In this document: positions 1 through 8,494 of the stretch, in pieces | Layout: each line of letters opens with the position of its first letter | Numbering within the stretch: the first letter of the stretch is position 1 | Source: a virus | Lineage: Duplodnaviria; Caudoviricetes | Virus record (IMG/VR): IMGVR_UViG_3300047557_001954 | Span: 1 to 31,275 of that record | Reading direction: 5' to 3' (one strand) | DNA length: 31,275 nt | Position numbers and translations under genes: made by a program | The notes under the pieces: generated by a model | The model's database searches: none | What the model was told of the DNA's origin: nothing | Seen by the model: only the letters and a program-made list of their open reading frames with translations

Positions 1-28
1 CTAGTGAACAGTCCGCACTGGATGAGGG
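1..28. repeat. Terminal direct repeat / circular assembly overlap (identical to 31248-31275)
   Basis: CTAGTGAACAGTCCGCACTGGATGAGGG occurs at both ends; the tape-measure frame continues across the join. Confidence 0.95.
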
Positions 29-623
29 ATTAGCGAAATTGCAAACTAACTTCAACAATCGTAAAGAAGTGTATGACGGACTGCTAAGAACAATTAAAGA
101 ATTTTATGATGGAGCACTTGAAAGAAACCGGAAAGCATTTGAAGAAGAAAAAGCAGAAGACAAACTGCAAAAGGAAGCTCGCGAAGGGATTTTGAAAGGT
201 GAACAAAAAGACCTGCTGGATTTGCTTGCAACTTACAATCCGGATTGGTTAAATGCTGGTAAGACATTTGGCGAGAAACTGCTTGAAGGCATTTTGAAAA
301 TGTCGCCTTCGATTGATTCCGCCGTTCAAACAATGCTGGATAAAGTTAAGCCTTTGACGGTAACACCCACTAAAAAAACCGGAAAAACAACAACAGGCGG
401 AACAAAAGTAACAGGCGCGGCCTACGGTGGTATTTTTACAAGCCCGACGCTGGCGATGGTCGGAGACGGTGGACAAGCGGAAGCGATCTTGCCATTATCC
501 AGACTGGCAGAGATCACAGGCCAGCAATCGACACATATCTATCTAGACGGTCGGGAGATCACGCGATCGGTAGCACCTTTAATGGTAGATTCTATAAGGA
601 CAAAATTAGGGGTAGCCTATTAA
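3..623 (+). CDS. Tape measure protein, C-terminal part (continues from 28742 across the circular junction)
   Basis: In frame with the ORF running off the right end (...YKQELA|SEQSALDEGLAKLQ...). Ends in the typical TMP C-terminal motif AYGGIFTSPTLAMVGDGGQAEAILPL and IYLDGREI. Confidence 0.9.
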   Translation, partial: SEQSALDEGLAKLQTNFNNRKEVYDGLLRTIKEFYDGALERNRKAFEEEKAEDKLQKEAREGILKGEQKDLLDLLATYNPDWLNAGKTFGEKLLEGILKMSPSIDSAVQTMLDKVKPLTVTPTKKTGKTTTGGTKVTGAAYGGIFTSPTLAMVGDGGQAEAILPLSRLAEITGQQSTHIYLDGREITRSVAPLMVDSIRTKLGVAY

Positions 624-641
624 AAACAGGTAGGTGAAATC

Positions 642-2375
642 ATGGTTTCAGGATTTACAATTTTGACATATAAAGAATTTGCGCCAAATGATATTTCCGG
701 ATTGGTCGGATGGTATGATGCGACAACTTTAAGCGGTGCAGACGGATCGAGCCTTAACCAGTGGCTTGATTCGTCTGGTAATGAAGCCCATATGTTTCAA
801 ACAACAAGCGCAGCACAGCCGACTTTACAAACGGCAGAATTAAACGGGAGAAATGTCGTGCGGTTTGATGGTGTCGATGACAACTTTAATATGTCTGCAC
901 CATTTAATCAATTGCCTATCGGATCAAGTAATGAAAACAACACCGAGTTTTCAGGAACTGGAACATATTTGGTAATAACTCAAGCTGGAGCGACAGAACG
1001 GATGGCTATTTATAAAAGGAATAGTAATATTTTTAACAGATTAACAAACCCAGCCGTTTTACCGGCAACGGCCGCGACTTCCGGAACATGGACAAGTGAC
1101 GACAACTATCTAGCGGTTGGTTCGGTATCATCGCCATTTGTTAATATTTATAAAAGATCAGGCGATACATTCACAAAATTAAGTAATCCGGCAACACTTC
1201 CGACAAGCGCGGCCAGCAGTTTGGATTTTTCCAATAGTGATACTTATTTAGCACTTGGTGGATCAATGACTGGCCGGATGCTTGTCTATAAAAGGTCTGG
1301 CGATACATTCACAGCCTTAACAAATCCGGTTACTGTTCCGGCAGGAACGAATGCAAATGCTATCAAATTTTCACGTTCGGATAATTATTTAGCAGTCGGA
1401 TCGAATGCCAGCCCATGGATTCAATTCTATTCAAGATCAGGCGATACGTTCACCAAATTAACTGATCCAGCAAATTTACCAACTGCGACAGTAAGATCAA
1501 TTAGCTGGTTGTCTGATACAGTCTGCGCAATCGGTGGTAATGAAGCTACAGTTTCGATTTATGAATATAATCCGTCCACAACAAGGTTTGATAGAATCAA
1601 TACAATAACGACAGCAGGAACGGTTGCCGGATTAGACTATTCTACAAACGGAAATTTTTTAGCAATCGGTCAAGGCGCTACAGGGTTCCTGAATGTATAT
1701 AGTCAAGTTTCAAATGTCTATACGAATATAACAACGATTGACCGGTTGCCTACTTCTGCAGTTAGAGGTGTATCCTTCAATCCGACTGATGATATGCTGG
1801 CAGTCACGAATTCAGTTTCGCCATTCGTTCAGATATATAAAATAACAGGATCGACTTTTTCAAACATGAATCGTATGAATATGTTAAGAAACGTTTCCGG
1901 TGCTACAGTTTTTCAAGTAATTAAATATACAGTAAGTGGCAGCGATCAACTAGGTTTTTTTGCTAGTATAGGAACATTTTCGAGCACATCAAGATTCGCG
2001 GCAAATAAAAACACTACAAACAATTTCAGGCATAACGCAAGGGCACTAGATGGCGACACCAATATTTTGAACGATTCAACCAGTACAGTAAATGGAACAA
2101 GCTATTATATTCAAGCGATCACTTCTAATTTTTTGACTAGAGAACACCGGCAATTTGTAAACAATGTTCTAAGCGGTTCGAAAAGTGGGATAACTACAGC
2201 CGGAAATACCAGCAACACCGATTCATTATCTATTACACTTGGCCGGATCGGAACCGGTACTGCCTTTTTACTTGGCGATATTGCAGAAGTGATTGTGTTT
2301 AATCGTGCATTATCTAATTCTGAATTAACCGATATTCATAATTATTTATCTGTGAAGTGGGGTATCAGCATATGA
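642..2375 (+). CDS. Tail-tip / receptor-binding protein: LamG (concanavalin A-like) domain with an inserted beta-propeller
   Basis: N-terminal GLVGWYDA..WLDSSGN..FDGVDD and C-terminal GDIAEVIVFNRALS..YLSVKWG are LamG-like halves. They flank ~45-aa repeats (YKRSGDTFTKL.NPA.LP; DNYLAVGS..SPFV.IY). RBS AGGTG. Confidence 0.7.
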   Translation: MVSGFTILTYKEFAPNDISGLVGWYDATTLSGADGSSLNQWLDSSGNEAHMFQTTSAAQPTLQTAELNGRNVVRFDGVDDNFNMSAPFNQLPIGSSNENNTEFSGTGTYLVITQAGATERMAIYKRNSNIFNRLTNPAVLPATAATSGTWTSDDNYLAVGSVSSPFVNIYKRSGDTFTKLSNPATLPTSAASSLDFSNSDTYLALGGSMTGRMLVYKRSGDTFTALTNPVTVPAGTNANAIKFSRSDNYLAVGSNASPWIQFYSRSGDTFTKLTDPANLPTATVRSISWLSDTVCAIGGNEATVSIYEYNPSTTRFDRINTITTAGTVAGLDYSTNGNFLAIGQGATGFLNVYSQVSNVYTNITTIDRLPTSAVRGVSFNPTDDMLAVTNSVSPFVQIYKITGSTFSNMNRMNMLRNVSGATVFQVIKYTVSGSDQLGFFASIGTFSSTSRFAANKNTTNNFRHNARALDGDTNILNDSTSTVNGTSYYIQAITSNFLTREHRQFVNNVLSGSKSGITTAGNTSNTDSLSITLGRIGTGTAFLLGDIAEVIVFNRALSNSELTDIHNYLSVKWGISI

Positions 2376-2632
2376 CAAATTTAATTTTAGTAATTGATGC
2401 TGATAACCTTGAATCTGCAAATGAATTCTGCAATTTAATTGGTGCAGTCGGTGATACATTTACAGTCGGATTGTATGATAGTAAAAACGAACTCAAAGCA
2501 TATTGGGCCGGATGGAACATGACAGCAGTGCAAGAGGAAGCAATTAGCGAAAATTTGATTTTTACTATTTTCGATTCGCCAGCCGAAGCACTTCAGGCAA
2601 CAGGTTTGCATACGTATCAAGGCGGTGATTAA
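2372..2632 (+). CDS. Small hypothetical protein, probable partner/chaperone of the upstream tail protein
   Basis: ATGA overlap with the 642-2375 stop; 86 aa, acidic. Confidence 0.55.
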   Translation: MTNLILVIDADNLESANEFCNLIGAVGDTFTVGLYDSKNELKAYWAGWNMTAVQEEAISENLIFTIFDSPAEALQATGLHTYQGGD

Positions 2633-4078
2633 ATGCGGCTATTTATTCCGGTCGATATTACGAATTATTATCAGCCGACAACGCTAGAGATTGAAGACAC
2701 AATCAATGAACGATCGACAGCTAGATTCCAAATGGTCGATGTGACTGGAGTGCTAGATATTGAAGATGGCGCACCAATAGAAATCTATGATTATAGCAGT
2801 AACCTTATTTTTGGCGGATTCGTTTTTTATCCTAGAAGAATGAATCCAATTGGTACGACTGCGATTTTTTTTGATATTGAAGCAGTAGATCAGCAGTGTA
2901 TTGCGGATCGTTATCTGGTCGCGGAATCATATACCAGCCAAACGGCTGGCTATATCGTCAATGATATTTTAACGAATTATTTAGCGGCTGATGGAATAAC
3001 GGCCGGAACGATTCAAGATGGAGTGACTCTAGACATAGTAAAGTTTCCGCGAAATGGTACAGTTACACAGGCATTTGACGAACTTGCAGAGGTTTGCGGT
3101 TTTATCTGGTATATCGACTATGACAAGACCCTTCATTTCAAAGCGCGTTCTGCTGATGTCGCACCTTTCAATATTATTGATACGTCTGCAATCGTCAATA
3201 TTAATGTAAGGCAAGACCGGAGCCGATATAGAAACCGGCAGTATTTACGCGGCGGCCAGACACCGACAGATTCACCGATCACAGGGGAGGATGTGACACC
3301 GAAACCGGACGGTGTGACAAGAACATTTGTCACACGTTTTCCGATTGCTGAACGGCCAGTGATTCGCATAAATTCCGTAGCGGTCGATCCGGCGCAGATC
3401 GGGGTTAATGGATTAGACGGACAGGTCATACCGCTTCAGTGGTATTGGTCGTATGGTTCAAACTCAATTACGCAGGACAATTCACAGACGGTACTATCGA
3501 CTTCTGATACAATTGAGATAGATTATATTGGACTGATTCCGCTATTGGTGGTTGTGGAAGACAGCAACGCTATAACAGCGCGGCAGACATTGGAGAATAC
3601 TTCCGGTGTATATGAATCGCTGGAGACAATGCCTAACGTGGTAGATAAACAACAAGCGCTGGATATCGCTAACGGACGACTGTCTAAATATACAAAGGTA
3701 GAACGTGAGTTGACTTTCCAGACGTACACAAACGGATTAGCGGCCGGTCAGCTTCAGACGGTAACGCTTACGAAGTACGGAATAAGCGCGGCAGAATTTT
3801 TAATTGACCGCGTGACAATGCGAGACTTAAATGATAACGGCCTATTCGTCTATGATATCCACGCAGTGGACGGTCAAGCATTCGGCGGATGGACAAACTT
3901 TTTTAAGGGATTGATCCGTAAGGAATCCGGACTGATTATTGATTCAAATGAGCGCTTAATCGTATTGAAAACAACTTATGAAACCGACAACTGGAGCGAG
4001 ACAACGACACCTACTATTTTTGCTTGTCCTGTTCCGGACAATGCGCTTTATCCGAGTACAACGCTATATCCTTGTTAG
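2633..4078 (+). CDS. Tail hub / baseplate (Tal/gp27-like) protein
   Basis: Position after TMP; motifs AFDELAEVCGFIWYIDYDKTLHF and RYRNRQYLRGG are typical of tail hub proteins. Confidence 0.7.
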   Translation: MRLFIPVDITNYYQPTTLEIEDTINERSTARFQMVDVTGVLDIEDGAPIEIYDYSSNLIFGGFVFYPRRMNPIGTTAIFFDIEAVDQQCIADRYLVAESYTSQTAGYIVNDILTNYLAADGITAGTIQDGVTLDIVKFPRNGTVTQAFDELAEVCGFIWYIDYDKTLHFKARSADVAPFNIIDTSAIVNINVRQDRSRYRNRQYLRGGQTPTDSPITGEDVTPKPDGVTRTFVTRFPIAERPVIRINSVAVDPAQIGVNGLDGQVIPLQWYWSYGSNSITQDNSQTVLSTSDTIEIDYIGLIPLLVVVEDSNAITARQTLENTSGVYESLETMPNVVDKQQALDIANGRLSKYTKVERELTFQTYTNGLAAGQLQTVTLTKYGISAAEFLIDRVTMRDLNDNGLFVYDIHAVDGQAFGGWTNFFKGLIRKESGLIIDSNERLIVLKTTYETDNWSETTTPTIFACPVPDNALYPSTTLYPC

Positions 4079-4092
4079 AAGGAGGTATAAAA

Positions 4093-4560
4093 ATGGAACA
4101 TGATTTACGCGGCTGGTTAGGGGAATTTGACGTATATATAAAACCGGTAGGCGGCGATTGGGAGCACGATCAGCATATCAATAACATGATTACCGATTCC
4201 GGATTAAATTTAATCCGCGAGAGCCTACGCGGCACGATAACAAACAGCGAGATTAAATTTATAGCGGTCGGTTCCGGATCGGCTTCAGTATCGGCTACTG
4301 ATACGCAACTAGGCGCAGAGTTTTTTCGGAAAGCCGTTTATAGTAAAACAGCAGTTTCAACCGGTGTATTGCAGACGATTGCGATTTTGACCGAGACGGA
4401 AGCCGTAGCCCAGATTTATGAGGTCGGTGTCTTTGCCGGAGCGACTGCGACAACGGCAACAAATAGCGGTGTGATGATTAGCCGGATTCTTTACAGCCGG
4501 AACAAAACAAACCTAGAATCTGTTCAATTTCAGCGAACGGATACGATTGCGAGGGGATAA
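4093..4560 (+). CDS. Tail collar / baseplate structural protein
   Basis: RBS GGAGG before ATG 4093; NMITDSGLN..IAVGSG...TDTQLGAE motif seen in tail-collar fibre proteins. Confidence 0.6.
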   Translation: MEHDLRGWLGEFDVYIKPVGGDWEHDQHINNMITDSGLNLIRESLRGTITNSEIKFIAVGSGSASVSATDTQLGAEFFRKAVYSKTAVSTGVLQTIAILTETEAVAQIYEVGVFAGATATTATNSGVMISRILYSRNKTNLESVQFQRTDTIARG

Positions 4561-4562
4561 AG

Positions 4563-4862
4563 ATGCCAGCATACAGTCCAACGACTTGGGTGAATGGAAC
4601 AGCGCCAGCGCTATCGGCAACTAATCTGAATAAAATTGAATCCGGAATATCTGCCGCTTTGCCTATTGATGGATCGGTAGCCATGACTGGACAGCTTGAC
4701 GTTATAACCGGAACACAGGGAACACCTTCTATTGCGATAGCTACAGATTCTAACACCGGAATATACTGGGCTGCGGCTGATAAATTGGCAATAACAGAAG
4801 GTGGACGAGGTTTGACCTTTGATGAATTTAAAATGTCTTTAAGTATGGGGGCGATGATTTGA
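4563..4862 (+). CDS. Short tail fibre/adaptor protein
   Basis: YSPTTWVNG..PALSATNLNKIESGI is a common fibre N-terminal anchor motif; also D.NTGIYW. Confidence 0.6.
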   Translation: MPAYSPTTWVNGTAPALSATNLNKIESGISAALPIDGSVAMTGQLDVITGTQGTPSIAIATDSNTGIYWAAADKLAITEGGRGLTFDEFKMSLSMGAMI

Positions 4863-4863
4863 T

Positions 4864-5184
4864 ATGGCACGCTACGCAAAAAGATTAGCACAAACAGCCT
4901 TATCAACAACAACGGCGGCGGTGTACACAGTACCAGCGAGTACAACGGCGCAGGTTACAGAAATTTATTTTGCCAATACCGGCACGACACAGCGAACAAT
5001 TAACGTGACGGTAGGCGGCACGTTTTCAACAAATTCAGTTATTATTGGTTTGCAAGTAAACGGAACAGCTTCGGTAATTGTTCAGGATACAAAAATTGTA
5101 GCGGCGGCCAGTACGATTGTAGCGGCTAGACAAGATGCAGGGACAGATATTATTTGTACGATTTTTGGAATTGAGGAGGTATAA
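4864..5184 (+). CDS. Small Thr-rich beta-sandwich virion protein
   Basis: VYTVPASTTA...I.FAN motif common in phage minor structural proteins; tail context. Confidence 0.55.
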   Translation: MARYAKRLAQTALSTTTAAVYTVPASTTAQVTEIYFANTGTTQRTINVTVGGTFSTNSVIIGLQVNGTASVIVQDTKIVAAASTIVAARQDAGTDIICTIFGIEEV

Positions 5185-5188
5185 TAAA

Positions 5189-5611
5189 ATGCCTATTGTA
5201 TCTTTTCCGAATTCAACAGTTGTAAATCGAGCAGCAAAAATTTTTGTGTACGTCAACAATACAACAGCCAGTGGGACATATTATACACTGGTCAACAGTA
5301 CGGGTGTACGCGGTAGAATTTCAAAAATTACAATAACAAGCGGTAGCGTTTCATCACAGTACATGACAATTCGGGTAACTATAGATGGTGTTCAAAGTAC
5401 AATATCACCGAGCGCGGCGGCAACTTTCGGCGGTGTCGGTCTGGATCACAATAATAACGCGGCGAACGTATCGTTATATTTTGCCGGTCGATCATTTGAT
5501 TATTATTGCGATTTAACATTTTTAAATTCTGTTCAGGTTGAAATCATGCAGAACTTGGGAGCTTCACAAGAATTAATTTCTAACGTCATGTACAATCAAG
5601 AGAACAATTAG
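5189..5611 (+). CDS. Putative tail fibre tip / receptor-binding domain protein
   Basis: RBS GAGGAGG before ATG 5189; beta-rich with an IRVTIDG motif; tail context. Confidence 0.5.
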   Translation: MPIVSFPNSTVVNRAAKIFVYVNNTTASGTYYTLVNSTGVRGRISKITITSGSVSSQYMTIRVTIDGVQSTISPSAAATFGGVGLDHNNNAANVSLYFAGRSFDYYCDLTFLNSVQVEIMQNLGASQELISNVMYNQENN

Positions 5612-5624
5612 GAGTGATAAAAAA

Positions 5625-5759
5625 ATGACGATTGAACAATTTGAACAACTGCCTACAAAGACGCTTGAGAACGGCCAGAAGCTGGTTGAAATTGAGCCTA
5701 ATACATGGGTAGATTACGAGACTTACAAACCGAAACCGGTCGATCAGCCGACTGAATAG
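5625..5759 (+). CDS. Small hypothetical protein, 44 aa (not in ORF track)
   Basis: RBS AGGAG, ATG 5625, MTIEQFEQLPTKTLENGQKLVEIEPNTWVDYETYKPKPVDQPTE; fills the gap between genes. Confidence 0.65.
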   Translation: MTIEQFEQLPTKTLENGQKLVEIEPNTWVDYETYKPKPVDQPTE

Positions 5760-5770
5760 GCGGTGATGAA

Positions 5771-5956
5771 GTGGACAATAACACCGAGATTTTACAGCGA
5801 TTGACGCGACTTGAAACAAAGCTAGATATGATGATTGCCGATCCCACTGTAAACCGCAGATTAACGGAATTGGAAGACAATCAGCGCTGGTTGTGGAGGG
5901 CAGTTTTCGGTGTATTTCTTACTGGAGCAGTAACCTATATAATCCGGATCATGTGA
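5771..5956 (+). CDS. xhlA: XhlA-like hemolysin/holin
   Basis: EILQRLTRLETKLD coiled coil, LEDNQRWLWR followed by a C-terminal TM segment; lies upstream of the endolysin. Confidence 0.8.
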   Translation: MDNNTEILQRLTRLETKLDMMIADPTVNRRLTELEDNQRWLWRAVFGVFLTGAVTYIIRIM

Positions 5957-5959
5957 GGG

Positions 5960-6721
5960 GTGGAACGGTTGACCTTTAAGCAGAAACACATGATAAAAAA
6001 AGTATTTTTGTCTCATGGTACAAAGCGCCGATCCGGTCGGAAGCTGGACAAAGTGAAATTCATAGTAGCCCATGACACCGGAAACAGCGGAAGCGGTGCA
6101 CGCGCGAATGTGATGTACTATGAACGGACAGCAAATGAACAAAGTGTATCCGCACATATATTTGTAGACGGATTTGAAATAGTCGAGTGCATCCCAGCCT
6201 TTGATAATCCGGAAATAGCATGGCACGTTCTTTTCAATGTCGATGAAGATAACAAGCGCTTCGGAGATGATGCCAACACCAGCGCAATTGGGGTAGAATT
6301 ATGTTTTGGCGATCCAGTCAACACTAGGGAAGCCTATTCAAAATATGTCTGGACGCTGGCCTATCTATGTCACCAGTATGGACTAAATCCACACCTGCAC
6401 ATAGTCGGTCATTTTGAACTTGACCCGAAGCGGAAAACAGATCCGGTAAATAGCTTAAAATTGATTAATAAAACTATGGATGATTTACTAGATGATGTCG
6501 CTTTTGAAATGGAATTATGCCTATATGGAGATGATCCGCAGATGATGGAAGTATTGAAGCGCTTGGACATATTAGAGAAAAAGGTCAGTCAGCCGGTTCC
6601 GGATTGGGCGAAATCGGCAGTCGATGCCGCTTTGAAAAAAGGGTTATTCACTGCGATAGAATCCGGATCACATGACTTTTTCCGGTTGCTGGTGGCCTTA
6701 CAAAGGGCGAAGGTGATCTGA
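5960..6721 (+). CDS. Endolysin, N-acetylmuramoyl-L-alanine amidase (Amidase_2)
   Basis: IVAHDTGN, SAHIFVD, AWH, SAIGVELC, IVGHFELDP..KTDP; C-terminal VPDWAK.AV...GL cell-wall-binding tail. Start may be TTG 5969. Confidence 0.9.
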   Translation: MERLTFKQKHMIKKVFLSHGTKRRSGRKLDKVKFIVAHDTGNSGSGARANVMYYERTANEQSVSAHIFVDGFEIVECIPAFDNPEIAWHVLFNVDEDNKRFGDDANTSAIGVELCFGDPVNTREAYSKYVWTLAYLCHQYGLNPHLHIVGHFELDPKRKTDPVNSLKLINKTMDDLLDDVAFEMELCLYGDDPQMMEVLKRLDILEKKVSQPVPDWAKSAVDAALKKGLFTAIESGSHDFFRLLVALQRAKVI

Positions 6722-6957
6722 TGACAATTGACGCGCAATATTTAGCAATCGTTCCGGTGTTGGTTGGGATTCTGGCGGCTATGAAGCAGGCCGGATTCGA
6801 GCCGCGTTATATCCCTACGCTGGCCATTCTAAGCGGTGTATTGATCGGGTTGATGCTGAAGCAGTGGGACGTTCTAGAAGGCATTACGCTAGGCGGTGCA
6901 ATCGGATTAGCGGCTATTGGCGCACATTCCGGAGTGAAAAATACATTAAAGAAATGA
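6721..6957 (+). CDS. Holin
   Basis: 78 aa with three hydrophobic segments, GLAAIGAHSGVKN and a basic C-terminus; follows the endolysin. Confidence 0.85.
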   Translation: MTIDAQYLAIVPVLVGILAAMKQAGFEPRYIPTLAILSGVLIGLMLKQWDVLEGITLGGAIGLAAIGAHSGVKNTLKK

Positions 6958-6979
6958 CCGCCGAGCGCGGTCTTTTTTT
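6956..6979 (+). terminator. Rho-independent terminator ending the late/lysis operon
   Basis: GACCGC-cgagc-GCGGTC followed by T7. Confidence 0.85.
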
Positions 6980-6994
6980 ATGAATAAATTATGC

Positions 6995-7023
6995 TTTACT
7001 TATCATCATCATGATGATATTAT
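6995..7023 (+). promoter_or_regulatory. SigA-type early promoter with a palindromic operator in the spacer
   Basis: TTTACT-17 nt-TATTAT with TGn extension; spacer contains the perfect palindrome ATCATCATGATGAT (7005-7018). Confidence 0.7.
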
Positions 7024-7088
7024 GTATATATAAGCAGTTGCCCATACTATGCTTAAAAAACACAAATTCAAGTAAAGGGGAAATCGAA

Positions 7089-7358
7089 ATGACAAACGAA
7101 AAAGCGCAACAAATCGCCAGCAAATTAATCGCACTTGCGGCAACACCGGAAACGATCAAAGAGGTTATCAATTCACATTTCAAAGGCTTCACCGGATATG
7201 AAATTCATTTCATGACAGGTCAGGCTAACGTTGAATTCAAGAACGGTTATTACTTTGCGATTGTTCTAGAATCAGATATTTATCAAAATTGCGTTTGGTC
7301 AAATCAAGTTATTGCGCAGGCTTCTGATGAAAAAATTATCTGCAATATCGAAAGGTAA
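7089..7358 (+). CDS. Early hypothetical protein
   Basis: RBS AAAGGGG before ATG 7089; first gene after the early promoter. Confidence 0.7.
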   Translation: MTNEKAQQIASKLIALAATPETIKEVINSHFKGFTGYEIHFMTGQANVEFKNGYYFAIVLESDIYQNCVWSNQVIAQASDEKIICNIER

Positions 7359-7360
7359 GA

Positions 7361-7407
7361 GACGTTTCACAGGTTGCCGGAGCCTATCCGGCAATCAATG
7401 AAGCGCC
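7361..7407 (+). repeat. Intergenic 47-nt structured repeat, copy 1
   Basis: 37/47 identical to 7709-7755; long stem with an internal loop. Confidence 0.8.
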
Positions 7408-7439
7408 GCTTCAAATATTACTCAAAGGGGAAATGACAA

Positions 7440-7706
7440 ATGACAGAATTTGAATTCGTGGACATGATGAAGGCAGAGGGAGCACATGGTTACGACTTGG
7501 AATTTTCGTTCAGTGATTTTGTTGAAAAGATCAAAAACTGCACTGATCCGGATCGTGAAGGCAATTATGGGCATAACATCTTCGAATGGGAAACAGCAGA
7601 CGGTCAGCCGATCACGTTTTCAGTTTGGATGAACGTGACAGAGAAAGTCGGACGCGGTGACGATGACAGCGAATGGATTTATAAATTCAACACCGTACCA
7701 TTTTGA
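7440..7706 (+). CDS. Early hypothetical protein (acidic)
   Basis: RBS AAAGGGG; 88 aa, Asp/Glu rich. Confidence 0.7.
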   Translation: MTEFEFVDMMKAEGAHGYDLEFSFSDFVEKIKNCTDPDREGNYGHNIFEWETADGQPITFSVWMNVTEKVGRGDDDSEWIYKFNTVPF

Positions 7707-7708
7707 TT

Positions 7709-7755
7709 GACGTTTTACAGGTAGCCGGACGCGATCCGGCCGCCGATAAAGCGCC
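7709..7755 (+). repeat. Intergenic 47-nt structured repeat, copy 2
   Basis: Matches 7361-7407, with compensatory base changes. Confidence 0.8.
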
Positions 7756-7773
7756 AATGAAGGAGGTGACACA

Positions 7774-8010
7774 ATGGAACTACAGAAGATTGAATTTAAG
7801 AACGAAGTAACAAATGAGCAGGTGCAGAAATTGATTGAAGGTTATCATCAGAAACTTCAGCATTTCATTAATAGTTACATGGAATCAAATCTGCAATACG
7901 GCCATGACATCGACAGGGCACAGGCGAAAGCACTGGATTTTGCGTTAAAGATTTTTGAAATCGAAGTCTACAAGCATTTTAATATTTCAATTTACAAGGC
8001 CAATGATTAA
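7774..8010 (+). CDS. Early hypothetical protein
   Basis: Strong RBS AAGGAGGTG; 78 aa. Confidence 0.7.
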   Translation: MELQKIEFKNEVTNEQVQKLIEGYHQKLQHFINSYMESNLQYGHDIDRAQAKALDFALKIFEIEVYKHFNISIYKAND

Positions 8011-8019
8011 CGTTATAAT
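7991..8019 (+). promoter_or_regulatory. SigA-type promoter
   Basis: TTTACA-17 nt-TATAAT. Confidence 0.7.
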
Positions 8020-8060
8020 GATTATGATATAAAATTCTTGTAAGTCGGGGAGGTGAATTT

Positions 8061-8201
8061 ATGAGCAATTTTATTTATGAGTTTTTCGCCGATTTTTTCG
8101 AAGGCGATAAAGCCAGCAAACAAGATTATATTTACATGATTCGCTGTTCAGCGGTTTTAATCGTCTTGTTATCGCTGGCGGCAGTAGTGGAGGGATTATA
8201 A
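8061..8201 (+). CDS. Small membrane protein, 46 aa (not in ORF track)
   Basis: RBS GGGGAGGTG; C-terminal TM segment SAVLIVLLSLAAVV; TAATG overlap with the next gene. Confidence 0.65.
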   Translation: MSNFIYEFFADFFEGDKASKQDYIYMIRCSAVLIVLLSLAAVVEGL

Positions 8202-8494
8202 TGCGAAAGCGGCTACAAGAGCGCCGGAAACAGTTAATGACACAATCAGAACTTGCAAAACGTCTAGGTGTTCAAGTAGTGACAATCAGCCGTATCGAGA
8301 CAGCATGGTGCGGTGTATCATTCGATTTAGCAATTAGAGTATCAGAGGAAATCGGATATGACATTGACCCGACTGGTGTCGTATCCGAAGCGTTTAAGGA
8401 CATAATGGATTCGAGTCTATCGGCAGTGATCCACGCGGCAAAGACCTTTAATGTCGCGTTCGATCCAGACAATTTATTTGAGGTGATAAAATGA
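8201..8494 (+). CDS. XRE-family HTH transcriptional regulator (Cro-like)
   Basis: MTQSELAKRLGVQVVTISRIE HTH_3 signature. Confidence 0.85.
   Translation: MRKRLQERRKQLMTQSELAKRLGVQVVTISRIETAWCGVSFDLAIRVSEEIGYDIDPTGVVSEAFKDIMDSSLSAVIHAAKTFNVAFDPDNLFEVIK

Noticed and set aside
1-28. Biological terminal repeat or att site
   Set aside because: It lies mid-gene and there is no integrase; most simply an assembler overlap of a circular contig
39-623. Stand-alone 194-aa gene
   Set aside because: It is the C-terminus of the tape measure protein, split by the linearisation point
642-5759. Diversity-generating retroelement or invertase-based tail switching
   Set aside because: No reverse transcriptase, template/variable repeat pair or invertase seen
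7361-7755. Integron attC sites
   Set aside because: No integron integrase and no RYYYAAC/GTTRRRY boxes; G-U-tolerant covariation points to RNA structure
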